Of a DNA stretch of 64,000 nucleotides, positions 1-13,087 are shown piece by piece. Source of the stretch: Bacteriovoracaceae bacterium (GTDB taxonomy: Bacteria; Bdellovibrionota; Bacteriovoracia; Bacteriovoracales; Bacteriovoracaceae); the NCBI GenBank assembly GCA_041586955.1, contig JBFGZE010000007.1, forward strand, positions 10,341-74,340. The letters are read 5' to 3'. Position numbers and translations under genes: made by a program. The notes below the pieces were generated by a model. It ran no database searches and was not told the DNA's origin. It saw only the letters and a program-made list of their open reading frames with translations. Position 1 is the first letter of the stretch, and every line of letters begins with the position of its first letter.

Positions 1-282
1 AAGGGGCATATTTTTGTTTCCGCATGAGATGCAGGCCACCATGGCCAAAATGTTATTTTTAATTTTTGCTGTCATTATGCTGTGCCTTTCGAGGGCCCGC
101 GCTTGCAGTGACTTTAGTCGTCCTTTGATTACCAATCCTCAACATATAATGGACACCTCTCTTTAACATCACTTAATTTTTTTATTTTTACTCATCTTTT
201 GACTTCAACTAGAGTAAACTAGAGGGGTCACTTATTTTTAATGAGGTCAAGAGGACCATTTTAGACAAGGAAGGAGCAAGGT

Positions 283-2472
283 ATGTCTTTCACTAGCCGT
301 TTTAAAGCAAAATCAAAAGCTGTTGAACGAAAACTTAAATCATTTGAATTCCCCAAGAATGGTAATGGGCAGAGTCTTAAAGTCTCCGAGTTCTTTGGCG
401 AGAATATTTTTGATTTCCACAAAATGTCGGAGATATCAGATAAAGTTAAAGAAGAATTAATTGAAGTTTCTCAGTCTAAAGACCGGTACCTCAGTAGAGA
501 ACAAGCAGATATTGTGGCCAAGGCCGCTATGGACTGGGCGATGGCAAGAGGGGCAACTCATTTTTGTCATTGGTTCCAACCACTCACCGGTCAAACTGCT
601 GAAAAGCATGATGCCTTTCTTGATTTTAAGGATGGCCAAATGATCGAAAACTTTTCCGGCGGACAATTAATGCAAGGGGAGCCGGATGCTTCATCTTTTC
701 CCAATGGTGGCTCTCGTTCCACTTTTGAGGCCCGCGGTTATACCTCTTGGGATATGTCATCACCATTATTTTTAATTGAAGGGGTGAATGGCAAAACTCT
801 GTGTATCCCCACTGCCTTTATTTCCTATACCGGGCAGGCCTTGGATGTTAAAACACCTTTATTGCGCTCAAATACTCGTCTTAATAATGAAGGTACCCGT
901 TTTATGAACTTATTGGGCTTCTCAGATGTTAAGTCTGTGACGGCCTATTGTGGGCCAGAACAAGAGTATTTTTTGGTTGATAAATCACTTTATTATTCAC
1001 GGCCAGACTTGGTGATGACTAATCGAGCTTTATTTGGCAAGTCATCCGCTAAAAACCAACAATTAGACGATCATTACTTTGGTGAGATTTCTGAGAGAGT
1101 CCTCTCCTTTATGCAGGAGTTTGATTATGAGCTCTATCGTTTAGGGATTCCGGCCAAAACACGTCATAATGAAGTGGCACCTGGCCAATTTGAAATTGCC
1201 CCCATTTTTCGAGAGGCCAATTTAGCAGCAGATAATAACCAATTATTGATGACCACATTAAAACGAGTCGCCAATAAACATGATATGGTGGCACTTTTAC
1301 ATGAGAAGCCATTTGCTGGGATCAATGGGTCTGGTAAGCATATCAATTGGTCATTTGGAACTGATACGGGCATCAATTTATTGGAGCCAGGGGATCAACC
1401 TCACCAAAATATGAGCTTTTTAGCAACCCTTGCGATTATACTTGAGGCGATTAACCGTCATGGAGCTGCTATTCGCATGTCCATCGCTAGTGCGGGTAAT
1501 GATCACCGCCTGGGCGCCAATGAAGCCCCTCCTTCTATTATTTCGGTCTACTTGGGATCAACACTTGATAGTATCCTTAAAGGTATTATTGAAGGTAAAG
1601 AGTTTACACCCAACGAAACAATCATCATGAATATGGGGGCCGCGCAATTGGCCGCCCTTTTACAGGATAATACCGATCGTAACCGCACGTCTCCATTTGC
1701 CTTTACCGGGAATAAGTTTGAATTGCGGGCGGTAGGAAGTTCGATGGCCATAGGCCTTCCACTTAGCATTATTAATGCTGCTGTTGCGGATGTTTTGGCC
1801 GATTCAAACGACTTCATTGAAAAGGCCTTAGAAACAGAGAAAGATATTGATATTATCCTTCATAAATTGATCCAAAAATGGGGTAAGCAGGCCTATCATG
1901 TGGTTTTTAACGGAGATGGCTATGGTGAGGAATGGCTTAAGGAGGCGGATAAACGAGGGCTGCCTAATTTGCGAACTACGCCGGACGCTTTAAGCGTTTT
2001 AAAGGACGAGCAACAAACTCGTTTTCTCATTAAGCAGGGAATATATCTTAAAGAGGAATTGGACACTCGTTATAATGTCTTGGTGGAAAATTATATCACC
2101 ATGCGCTCGATTGAGTTTGATACCCTAAATATGCTTGTGCAACAATATGTTTTCCCAGTCGCGCTCGATTATAAAATTAAATTGGCAGAGGTGATTAAAA
2201 ATCAAAAGGCCATTAATATTGAATCCACCGCTGAGCTAGAAATTTATAAGCGTCTTAATTATTCGATGGAAAGCCTTTATAAGGTCAATCTCAATTTAAA
2301 ATACGGTTATGATGAATTAAAAGGTGAAGAAATTGAGAAGGCACATATCATTGCTAATGAGTTGATGCCAATTTCTGAAGAAGTCGCACGATTTTGTAAT
2401 GAAATTGAGGAAATTATTCCCGATTCAAAATGGACTCTGCCTAAATTTTTCGATTTGCTTTTTATTCGCTAA
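283..2472 (+). CDS. glnA: Glutamine synthetase type III
   Basis: GSIII motifs HWFQPLT, AEKHD, EPDASSFPNGG, HNEVAPGQFE, HEKPF, HRLGANEAPP, DRNRTSPFAFTGNKFE; SD AAGGAG upstream. Confidence 0.95.
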   Translation: MSFTSRFKAKSKAVERKLKSFEFPKNGNGQSLKVSEFFGENIFDFHKMSEISDKVKEELIEVSQSKDRYLSREQADIVAKAAMDWAMARGATHFCHWFQPLTGQTAEKHDAFLDFKDGQMIENFSGGQLMQGEPDASSFPNGGSRSTFEARGYTSWDMSSPLFLIEGVNGKTLCIPTAFISYTGQALDVKTPLLRSNTRLNNEGTRFMNLLGFSDVKSVTAYCGPEQEYFLVDKSLYYSRPDLVMTNRALFGKSSAKNQQLDDHYFGEISERVLSFMQEFDYELYRLGIPAKTRHNEVAPGQFEIAPIFREANLAADNNQLLMTTLKRVANKHDMVALLHEKPFAGINGSGKHINWSFGTDTGINLLEPGDQPHQNMSFLATLAIILEAINRHGAAIRMSIASAGNDHRLGANEAPPSIISVYLGSTLDSILKGIIEGKEFTPNETIIMNMGAAQLAALLQDNTDRNRTSPFAFTGNKFELRAVGSSMAIGLPLSIINAAVADVLADSNDFIEKALETEKDIDIILHKLIQKWGKQAYHVVFNGDGYGEEWLKEADKRGLPNLRTTPDALSVLKDEQQTRFLIKQGIYLKEELDTRYNVLVENYITMRSIEFDTLNMLVQQYVFPVALDYKIKLAEVIKNQKAINIESTAELEIYKRLNYSMESLYKVNLNLKYGYDELKGEEIEKAHIIANELMPISEEVARFCNEIEEIIPDSKWTLPKFFDLLFIR

Positions 2473-3713
2473 CCAGCATAAATAGGTGGCCTAGCAATCA
2501 AAGCGATGTTGCGGGGAGAAAGAGTCTCATCAAAAAATTCGACCAGATCGACTTGATGGCCTTTCTCTTGCAACCATAAAGCGCGGTCGAGTAAAAGATA
2601 GCATTCAATATTTCGACCCCATTGCCAGCGGATGAGATTGGCCATGAACATCTTATTAATTAAATGTTGAACCTTCTCCTGGGCAAAAAATAGATTGAGT
2701 TCAGACTCGCGAGGAAGTGGGTCAAGTGAAATTTGGCCCATCTTTTTTAAAGCATAAATTGAAAAATCACCATGGTAAACACGAGCATGTTCATCACCGA
2801 CGGAAAGAAAGTCGGTGATTCCACGCTCATGAAAAAGATAGAGGTGGAGCGCATAACGAAACGCCTTGACTCTTTTTTTAAGCAAAAATTCTTTAAAAGT
2901 CATTTCAGTATGGCCGCGAGTCGCCAAAGTTAGGGCGTGGTTGCTCATAGGGAGACCATGTACTTTGGCCCAGGCGGATAAATTAATGTCGCGCTCAGGG
3001 TTAAGACGGTGGTAGCAGCAACCAAAGTTAATGAGGCCGGCATTTTTGAAATGATTAAAGGCAAAGATTAAATGATTCGCCAAATTACCACAGGTATGGA
3101 GACCTAGTGCGAGACTATCAGTGGTGAAAAAAGGTCGTAAGTCCTCCACATCTTCCCCAAAAGCGAGATGGTGAAAATGAAGCTTACCCGCTTGTGCGGG
3201 AATAGGATATTTTTTAGCGCGCTTGGCACCTATTTCTTGGAAGTCGCGATTGATATCCAGAGTATGGCAATGATGGCCATGATAATGGGCCAGAACCCTT
3301 GAGAGATGGCCAACTCCACCGCCGATATCAATAATGCGCTTAAAGGAGAGTTCAGCTTGATTCAGATAATGACGAATGCGATCAATTTCATGTTTTTTCT
3401 TTTCTTTAACACGGAAAAAGGCCCAGGAGGGTAATTGTTCCGGACTTTCGTTTTTAAGATGTGTGAACTTTGGTAATTGCTCTCTGAGTTCTGTGATATA
3501 GCGACCCAGGGAAGAGTCGCCCAAGGAACTAATATCACCTCGGCCATCGAGACGATAGAGCTCATCTTCATTGAGTTGAAGGAGTTGCTCAATCCATTCC
3601 TCGGGATAATCGGCCAGTGATTGAGGGTAGGAATTGAGAACTTCTCGAGACCAGAGGGGATAAAAGGACTTTAGCCCTTGCGATAATGTGAGAAAACTCT
3701 GTTTAAAATTCAT
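2469..3713 (-). CDS. SAM-dependent methyltransferase (Methyltransf_32 / METTL25-like)
   Basis: IDIGGGVGHL SAM-binding motif, GLHTCGNL, GCCYH and C-terminal SPRN motifs. Confidence 0.8.
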   Translation of the reverse strand: MNFKQSFLTLSQGLKSFYPLWSREVLNSYPQSLADYPEEWIEQLLQLNEDELYRLDGRGDISSLGDSSLGRYITELREQLPKFTHLKNESPEQLPSWAFFRVKEKKKHEIDRIRHYLNQAELSFKRIIDIGGGVGHLSRVLAHYHGHHCHTLDINRDFQEIGAKRAKKYPIPAQAGKLHFHHLAFGEDVEDLRPFFTTDSLALGLHTCGNLANHLIFAFNHFKNAGLINFGCCYHRLNPERDINLSAWAKVHGLPMSNHALTLATRGHTEMTFKEFLLKKRVKAFRYALHLYLFHERGITDFLSVGDEHARVYHGDFSIYALKKMGQISLDPLPRESELNLFFAQEKVQHLINKMFMANLIRWQWGRNIECYLLLDRALWLQEKGHQVDLVEFFDETLSPRNIALIARPPIYAG

Positions 3714-3763
3714 TGGTCCATTTTTGCCTCATTGTGTTAGGATTAGTCAATATAGGAGTCTGT

Positions 3764-5077
3764 ATGACAGGTGAAAAATTTCTGGTTCTAGGTCCTGGAT
3801 TGAGTGGATATTCGGCCGTAAAGATTTTAAAGCAATTCAATTATGAGACGATTTACCTCGCTGGCGAAGGTGAAGCCGCTGGTTGGCCGCGTTATGAGCA
3901 ATTATTAGAGCTTCTCGGTGAAAATTATTTAATCCACCAAGATCAGGCCCAAGCGACCTCTTTTTTGGCCAATATCACCGTTTTGGTTTTAAGTCCGGGC
4001 ATTGCTCGTACCCATCCCCTGGTGGCCCAGGCCATTAAACAGGGGATTCAAATTTGGTCTGAGGTGGAATTGGCCTATCGCCATTGCCAGGTCCCCATTT
4101 TGGCGATCACTGGTACTAATGGTAAAACCACCACCTGTACACTTTTGGCCCAGGCCCTTGAGAGTGCTGGCAAAAAAGTTTTTTTGGGTGGCAATATAGG
4201 CACACCTTTATGTGATCTCATCGCTCATCAAGACGATTTTGATTATGCGGTTTGGGAATTATCGAGTTTCCAATTAGAATCCATTGATACTTTCAAACCT
4301 CAGCTCTGCGCTCTTTTAAATTTGGCGTTCAATCATGGGGAGCGTTATGACAATATTGAAGATTATGCCCTGAGCAAGCTTCAAATTTTAAAAAATCTTG
4401 ATGGTGTTGATCAGGCCCTGGTGAGTGAGGATTTTCTTGTCTATGATCAGCGCTCCTTTACCCAAGTTCTGGGAAATGTTGATGATTTAGCTTTGTATCG
4501 GAGCAAATACCAGGAGATTGAATGGGATGACTTTGTCATGGGCCATAAGCATAATCAATTGAATCTCTATGTCGTGGCCTGGTTTCTCGAGCAATTAAAC
4601 TTATCTGTGGCGGCAATCAATCCTGTTATTCGCGAATTTAGAGGTGTCGCGCACCGTCTGCAAAAAATCGAGACTTCTCAATTTTTGGGGGATGTTTTTA
4701 ATGACGCCAAAAGCACAAATTGGCCGGCGACATTTTCAGCTCTTAAAAGTATTTTTAGGGAAGGGCGAAGGCTGTGTTTAATTTGCGGTGGTCAAAGAAG
4801 AGGTGTGGGTGATGGCCTGGCCCCTGAGCAGATTGATGAGCTTATCAAATGGCGGCCATTGATTTTAACCATAGGTGAGGCCGGACCTTTTATTAAAGAA
4901 AGTTTGAGTAAGACCCCATTAGAAGTTCACCATTGCGACAATTTAAAGGGGGCCTGGAATCATCTTAAAGAGACGAATTTTTCTGGCGATATACTTTTTT
5001 CCCCGGCCTACCCATCTTTTGATCAATTCAACAATTACGTGGCAAGGGGCGAAGCTTTCATAAAAATTTTTAATTAA
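3764..5077 (+). CDS. murD: UDP-N-acetylmuramoyl-L-alanine--D-glutamate ligase
   Basis: LSPGI, AITGTNGKTTT, GGNIG, ELSSFQLE, HRLQ, NDAKSTN, FSPAYPSFDQFNNY.ARG; start moved to ATG 3764 after SD AGGAG. Confidence 0.93.
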   Translation: MTGEKFLVLGPGLSGYSAVKILKQFNYETIYLAGEGEAAGWPRYEQLLELLGENYLIHQDQAQATSFLANITVLVLSPGIARTHPLVAQAIKQGIQIWSEVELAYRHCQVPILAITGTNGKTTTCTLLAQALESAGKKVFLGGNIGTPLCDLIAHQDDFDYAVWELSSFQLESIDTFKPQLCALLNLAFNHGERYDNIEDYALSKLQILKNLDGVDQALVSEDFLVYDQRSFTQVLGNVDDLALYRSKYQEIEWDDFVMGHKHNQLNLYVVAWFLEQLNLSVAAINPVIREFRGVAHRLQKIETSQFLGDVFNDAKSTNWPATFSALKSIFREGRRLCLICGGQRRGVGDGLAPEQIDELIKWRPLILTIGEAGPFIKESLSKTPLEVHHCDNLKGAWNHLKETNFSGDILFSPAYPSFDQFNNYVARGEAFIKIFN

Positions 5078-5242
5078 GATTTTCGATTTTAATCTTTGTA
5101 AGAGGTGATTTTTGGAGAGTCATCCCCATTGCCACCTTGGCAAAAAATACAAATAATATACCTAAAATAATATCTCTTAAACGCAATTGACCCATTTTCA
5201 TCTCCATCCTTTCTAGCTTGTCGGCACGGAGAAGACTAGGGG

Positions 5243-6025
5243 TTAAGAGCGCTTTTTCGAGGGGCGAAAAATGCCCGCTACAAGGAAAAAACCAAGAAGA
5301 AGGGTTATCATATAATTTTTCACCTCGTCAGGTTTATCAAAAGAGACGCTACCACAACCGCCAAAAGGCTGTTGAGCAGGGTAGAGATAGGTCACACCAT
5401 CGACATCATCCCAGCCTAATCCCATACGAGTCGAAAAACTGAGATAATACATCAGTGAATCTTCGACGGGACTATGCCCAAGGCCGATCGCATGACCAAT
5501 TTCATGGGCGAGAATCGCCATTTGTTCTTCTTTACTCTTGCTTTGGAATTGATTGGAGGCAATATCATTGAGAAGAACAAGGGCCCCATTAATGACTTCT
5601 CCGGAAATATTATTGGGTACGGTCACGCCTAAAACACCGAGGTTATTTGAGAAATTGGTGGCATTCGTATTACAGGAAATAAGGATATCACTTCCCACAA
5701 TGAGATCTGTATTGGGGACACAATTGGTACCTGTTTGGCATATAAGGCCAGTTTGAAAGTCCGCACTGGTAGCGACCAGGTCGCCTTGTTCAATTTGTAG
5801 GCGACTGGTGGCGACGGTATTCCAATACTTGTCCATAGCATCACCTGCGAGGGACAATAATTCGTCATTGGTCATGCCCATATTAGAGCAGGGAGTAGAA
5901 GAGACATTAACTTTAATTACGTCTTGTTCGAAAGCAGCACCAACAGAATTATTGAGAGTAAAGGCATAAAGCTCGCCTGTTAATAGACAGGTGATAAGCA
6001 CCAATATGAGATTTGTGATTTTCAT
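5243..6025 (-). CDS. Secreted matrixin-like (metzincin) zinc metalloprotease with C-terminal GGCG-TM-basic tail
   Basis: Signal peptide; HEIGHAIGLGH zinc motif plus Met-turn SLMY; C-terminal hydrophobic helix followed by RPSKKRS. Confidence 0.85.
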   Translation of the reverse strand: MKITNLILVLITCLLTGELYAFTLNNSVGAAFEQDVIKVNVSSTPCSNMGMTNDELLSLAGDAMDKYWNTVATSRLQIEQGDLVATSADFQTGLICQTGTNCVPNTDLIVGSDILISCNTNATNFSNNLGVLGVTVPNNISGEVINGALVLLNDIASNQFQSKSKEEQMAILAHEIGHAIGLGHSPVEDSLMYYLSFSTRMGLGWDDVDGVTYLYPAQQPFGGCGSVSFDKPDEVKNYMITLLLGFFLVAGIFRPSKKRS

Positions 6026-6717
6026 CGGCGACTCCTACGCGATCTTTCCTTCTTTTTCTTTGTTCTCTTTTTCTTTTTAACTTTATAAGTTCTGGTATTT
6101 TTCCCATCATTCCATAAGCTATCGTGGAAATGATAATTTAAAAGGAGGGCATAATTAAAGGCGCGATTGGCACCGCTGGCAATATTATAGAATGAGGTAT
6201 CAAAGCGCACCGACCAATCATAACTGAGCAGGTAATCGACACCGAAATGCATCGTTACACTTTGAGAGGTGCTCGATTGTTCAGGCATAGGAAAAGCATC
6301 AACTCCCACGCCATTGGGGAGCTCTTGAGTGCTGCCATCAGAGCTGATACGGGTATAGAATAATCCGAGACCGGTGGTAAAAAGGAAGTCACCAAATTTA
6401 TATCCAATATGAGTCGCTAGGTAATAAGACATTTTACTGATTAAAGGGTCTCGTGCTCCGCCTGGCCAAAGAAATCCAAATTCAGGGAAAAGTGAGAATT
6501 GATCTGTGAGTTGATATTCGCCTTGGGCCACTAATAATGGCCTAAACTCAAATGAGTTTTTTGAGCTGGCGGAGTCTGTATAGACATGAAATGCTTGTTG
6601 GGTAATCGTACCTAGGCCAAAAGTTAAATCTTTCAAACCTGCTTGGGACTTGCCTTTGGGGAAAATACCCATGTTTAATAGGCAGCAAAAAACTATAACT
6701 CCAATCCGTGAGTTCAT
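6022..6717 (-). CDS. Putative outer-membrane beta-barrel protein with basic C-terminal tail
   Basis: Signal peptide, amphipathic beta-strand pattern ending LLLNYHF; overlaps protease start (ATGA); ATG 6717 preferred. Confidence 0.6.
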   Translation of the reverse strand: MNSRIGVIVFCCLLNMGIFPKGKSQAGLKDLTFGLGTITQQAFHVYTDSASSKNSFEFRPLLVAQGEYQLTDQFSLFPEFGFLWPGGARDPLISKMSYYLATHIGYKFGDFLFTTGLGLFYTRISSDGSTQELPNGVGVDAFPMPEQSSTSQSVTMHFGVDYLLSYDWSVRFDTSFYNIASGANRAFNYALLLNYHFHDSLWNDGKNTRTYKVKKKKRTKKKKERSRRSRR

Positions 6718-6828
6718 ATTATATCCTTTTTGTTTATTTGATTTTCTCAAAATTGTTCTTTATATGGCAATGATATTCTTCTATTTTGGGCCCTCTTGGC
6801 CTACAATTAAGACCAAGTGAGGATGATT

Positions 6829-7944
6829 ATGAATTTAGAAAACTTTTCCATACCAGATAATTTACTTCCCTCTGACCCGCGTTTTGGTTCGGGACCGTCT
6901 TTGGTTCCCACTCAATATGTGCAGGAATTGGCCGAAACGGGCGTTCATTTGCTTGGTACCAGTCACCGTCAGACTCCTATTAAGAATTTATGTAAAGGTA
7001 TTCAAGAGGGCCTCAAAGAATATTTCAAGTTACCTGATGATTATAGTGTTGTACTTGGTAACGGCGGTGCCACTTTTCTTTTTGATATGATCGGCCTAGG
7101 GATGGTGGAAAAGAAAATCACCCATTTCACCTGTGGTGAGTTTTCGCAGAAATGGTTTAAGTCTTCAAAGGCAATCCCTTGGATAGAGGCGGATGAAGTG
7201 GCCGTGGAATATGGCCAAGGTATTGATGGGAAAAATGTAGAGGGATCAGATGTGATCGCTATAACCCTTAATGAAACTTCAACTGGTGTTCAGATTACTG
7301 GACTTCCAGAGGTTGATGATCAGACCATTTTAGCAGTTGATGCTACAAGTGGTGCGGGACAATGCCCTTGTGATGTTTCAAAAGTTGATCTTTTCTTTCT
7401 CTCCCCGCAGAAAGTTTTTGCCAGTGAAGGAGGACTTTTTGTCGCTATCATAAGTCCTAAAGCGCGGGCCCGTGCCTTACGTATGGCCGAAGATAAAACC
7501 CGTTATGTGCCACCTATTATGAATTGGAAGACGGCAATTACTAATAGTGATAAAAACCAGACCTATAATACCCCAAGTGTGGCGACCCTCTTTTTCCTGA
7601 ATAAGCAAGTCGCTGCGATGAATGCTTTGGGTTACGATAAAGTTCAAGAGATGGCCAAAAAGAAGGCCGACTTAGTTTATGGTTGGGCGCAAGAAAAACC
7701 CTATTTAAGCTGCTTTATTAAAGACGAACAATATCGCTCACAAGCTGTCGCGACCATTGATGTTGATGAGTCATTACCGGTTGAACCGCTGATTAATTTG
7801 TTAGCGGAGAAGAAAATTGCCTATGGCATCGATGCTTATCGTAAATTAGGACGCAATCAATTTAGAATAGCGCTCTTTCACAATATATCCTATGAAGATC
7901 TCGATAAGCTTCTTAAAATTTTATCGATGGCACTTGAGGGTTAA
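6829..7944 (+). CDS. serC: Phosphoserine aminotransferase (actinobacterial-like type)
   Basis: PSDPRFGSGPS, GTSHR, NETSTGV, DATSGAG, SPQK (PLP Lys), NQTYNTP, YRKLGRNQFR. Confidence 0.9.
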   Translation: MNLENFSIPDNLLPSDPRFGSGPSLVPTQYVQELAETGVHLLGTSHRQTPIKNLCKGIQEGLKEYFKLPDDYSVVLGNGGATFLFDMIGLGMVEKKITHFTCGEFSQKWFKSSKAIPWIEADEVAVEYGQGIDGKNVEGSDVIAITLNETSTGVQITGLPEVDDQTILAVDATSGAGQCPCDVSKVDLFFLSPQKVFASEGGLFVAIISPKARARALRMAEDKTRYVPPIMNWKTAITNSDKNQTYNTPSVATLFFLNKQVAAMNALGYDKVQEMAKKKADLVYGWAQEKPYLSCFIKDEQYRSQAVATIDVDESLPVEPLINLLAEKKIAYGIDAYRKLGRNQFRIALFHNISYEDLDKLLKILSMALEG

Positions 7945-7956
7945 TTCCTTGTCATA

Positions 7957-7980
7957 GCTGACCTTTGTTCAAAGGTCAGC
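7957..7980. terminator. Hairpin between convergent serC and tgt
   Basis: Perfect inverted repeat GCTGACCTTTG-TT-CAAAGGTCAGC. Confidence 0.6.
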
Positions 7981-7992
7981 TCTCATCATTTT

Positions 7993-11435
<3,443 letters not shown>

Positions 11436-11609
11436 CGCCGTTTTTCTTCCTCATGAATGATATTTCTATTGTCCTATTCCCAATGGAAATAAGCAAGTTT
11501 TACCTATTCTTGACCAAAATTGATGGAAACCAATTTCCTAGTTTACAAATTTTAAGAATGATTTATTCTTTATAAAAAGGAATTTTAAAATTATCAAAAG
11601 GATTTGATC

Positions 11610-12884
11610 ATGAGGCGAATGAGTACTCTCTTAAAAATTACTGCTTTGCTATGTACTGTAGTGGTAATTTCTGAAATGCAAGCTGCTTACAACGTTGTAG
11701 ACCGGTTTAAGTTAGTTGAAGATAAACTTTATACCCACGAAATGTTAAACCCTTTTGGTCACGACTTCATCTTTGATGTCGGGGCCTACCTTAATAAGGA
11801 CGTCCAAGACGTAATAGATGAAGCTGAAAAGCTCTCTAAAGGATCTGGGACAGTAACAGAAAAAATTGCTGACGCTGATGCCTTTATGTTGAAGTATAAT
11901 AAGACAGAGCAAAATGTACGGATTAAACTCAATTTGGGTGTCCCCCTTCCGACTTTTCATGTGAAAGGTGTTAAGATTGTTCCAGATTTGAGAATTGGTG
12001 CTGGCGTTGGCGTTATGCTCGGTTTCCAATCAGAGGTCTTTGATCTGTCCGCAGTACTTGAATACCTACCACAGGATTTCCCACAGGCCGGTAAGGACGC
12101 AGCAGCAACTTGTGCCGCTGCAGATCTTTCTCCCGGAAATGATATTGTTCAAGAAATGGTGAACGCCGGTTGTATACCCGCAAACCTTGTAACGAGTTAT
12201 ATCGGTAAATATTTTGTCCCAGCTTCAGGTAGTCCAGTACTTAATGGTTTTGCAAAAGCTGATTTTAGAGCTGGTCTTCTTTTTAATTATTTTTATCAGG
12301 AAAATTGGTTTGGGCATGTTAAGTTTTATGGCCACGGGAAGTTAGATGTAAAGGCCAAGGTTTCAGGTAATTCATTGGCGCAAAATACAGATGATGTTGT
12401 TGATTTTGGTGATGAGATGAATACTACTATTAACCTCGCTTCGGATCTCCAATTTGGTTATAAGAACGGAAATCTTAGTGCTAGCGTTGGCATCGAGGAA
12501 ATTAAACTTTCTCGAATGGCCGATAACGAAGATAAGGGAGTGAAGCTTAACTATGGGGATGATCCTTTGATTCGTTTACACGGTAAATACCGTTATGAGT
12601 TCTTGGCCTTTCATGTTGAGCCCTTTGGTGGCCTTCATAAAAGAAGTGGTTATGGAATTAGCGATGGCATTTATGGCGGAGCGGATGTTGGAGCATTCTT
12701 TTGGGGTGATCGCCTTGGTGTCCGTGTACGGGCGATGGCCGATAAGGAGCATATCACTTTCTCACCTATGGCCAAATTATGGTTTGCTTCGCTTGAATAT
12801 ATGCTGAAGTCGCCAATGTCATCAGAGGTTGATGGGGTTAAGCCGGCCACTATACATAGCTTAAATTTTCGATTGTTCTTTTAG
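11610..12884 (+). CDS. Putative outer-membrane beta-barrel protein
   Basis: Signal peptide, many amphipathic beta strands, C-terminal LNFRLFF signature; own terminator. Confidence 0.6.
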   Translation: MRRMSTLLKITALLCTVVVISEMQAAYNVVDRFKLVEDKLYTHEMLNPFGHDFIFDVGAYLNKDVQDVIDEAEKLSKGSGTVTEKIADADAFMLKYNKTEQNVRIKLNLGVPLPTFHVKGVKIVPDLRIGAGVGVMLGFQSEVFDLSAVLEYLPQDFPQAGKDAAATCAAADLSPGNDIVQEMVNAGCIPANLVTSYIGKYFVPASGSPVLNGFAKADFRAGLLFNYFYQENWFGHVKFYGHGKLDVKAKVSGNSLAQNTDDVVDFGDEMNTTINLASDLQFGYKNGNLSASVGIEEIKLSRMADNEDKGVKLNYGDDPLIRLHGKYRYEFLAFHVEPFGGLHKRSGYGISDGIYGGADVGAFFWGDRLGVRVRAMADKEHITFSPMAKLWFASLEYMLKSPMSSEVDGVKPATIHSLNFRLFF

Positions 12885-12907
12885 ATTGAATACTCAATAG
12901 ATATTAT

Positions 12908-12935
12908 AGGGCCCTCTTTTGAGGGCCTTTTTTTT
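12908..12935 (+). terminator. Rho-independent terminator
   Basis: GGCCCTC-TTTT-GAGGGCC followed by T8. Confidence 0.85.
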
Positions 12936-13087
12936 GCTTAAGTCCTTGAAAATAAAAAATCTAACCATATCAAAGGGTTTTCCCACTCGCCTCATGCTCC
13001 GGTAAATCTTGCATAAATGCTTGAAATTAAACTTCCTAGGCCGTAGGTTGAGCGGATAATTAAATACCCTTAAAGGATGAATGACTT

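Noticed and set aside
168..282. Possible glutamine (glnA) riboswitch upstream of GSIII
   Set aside because: I could not recognise the conserved glnA-motif sequences or stems
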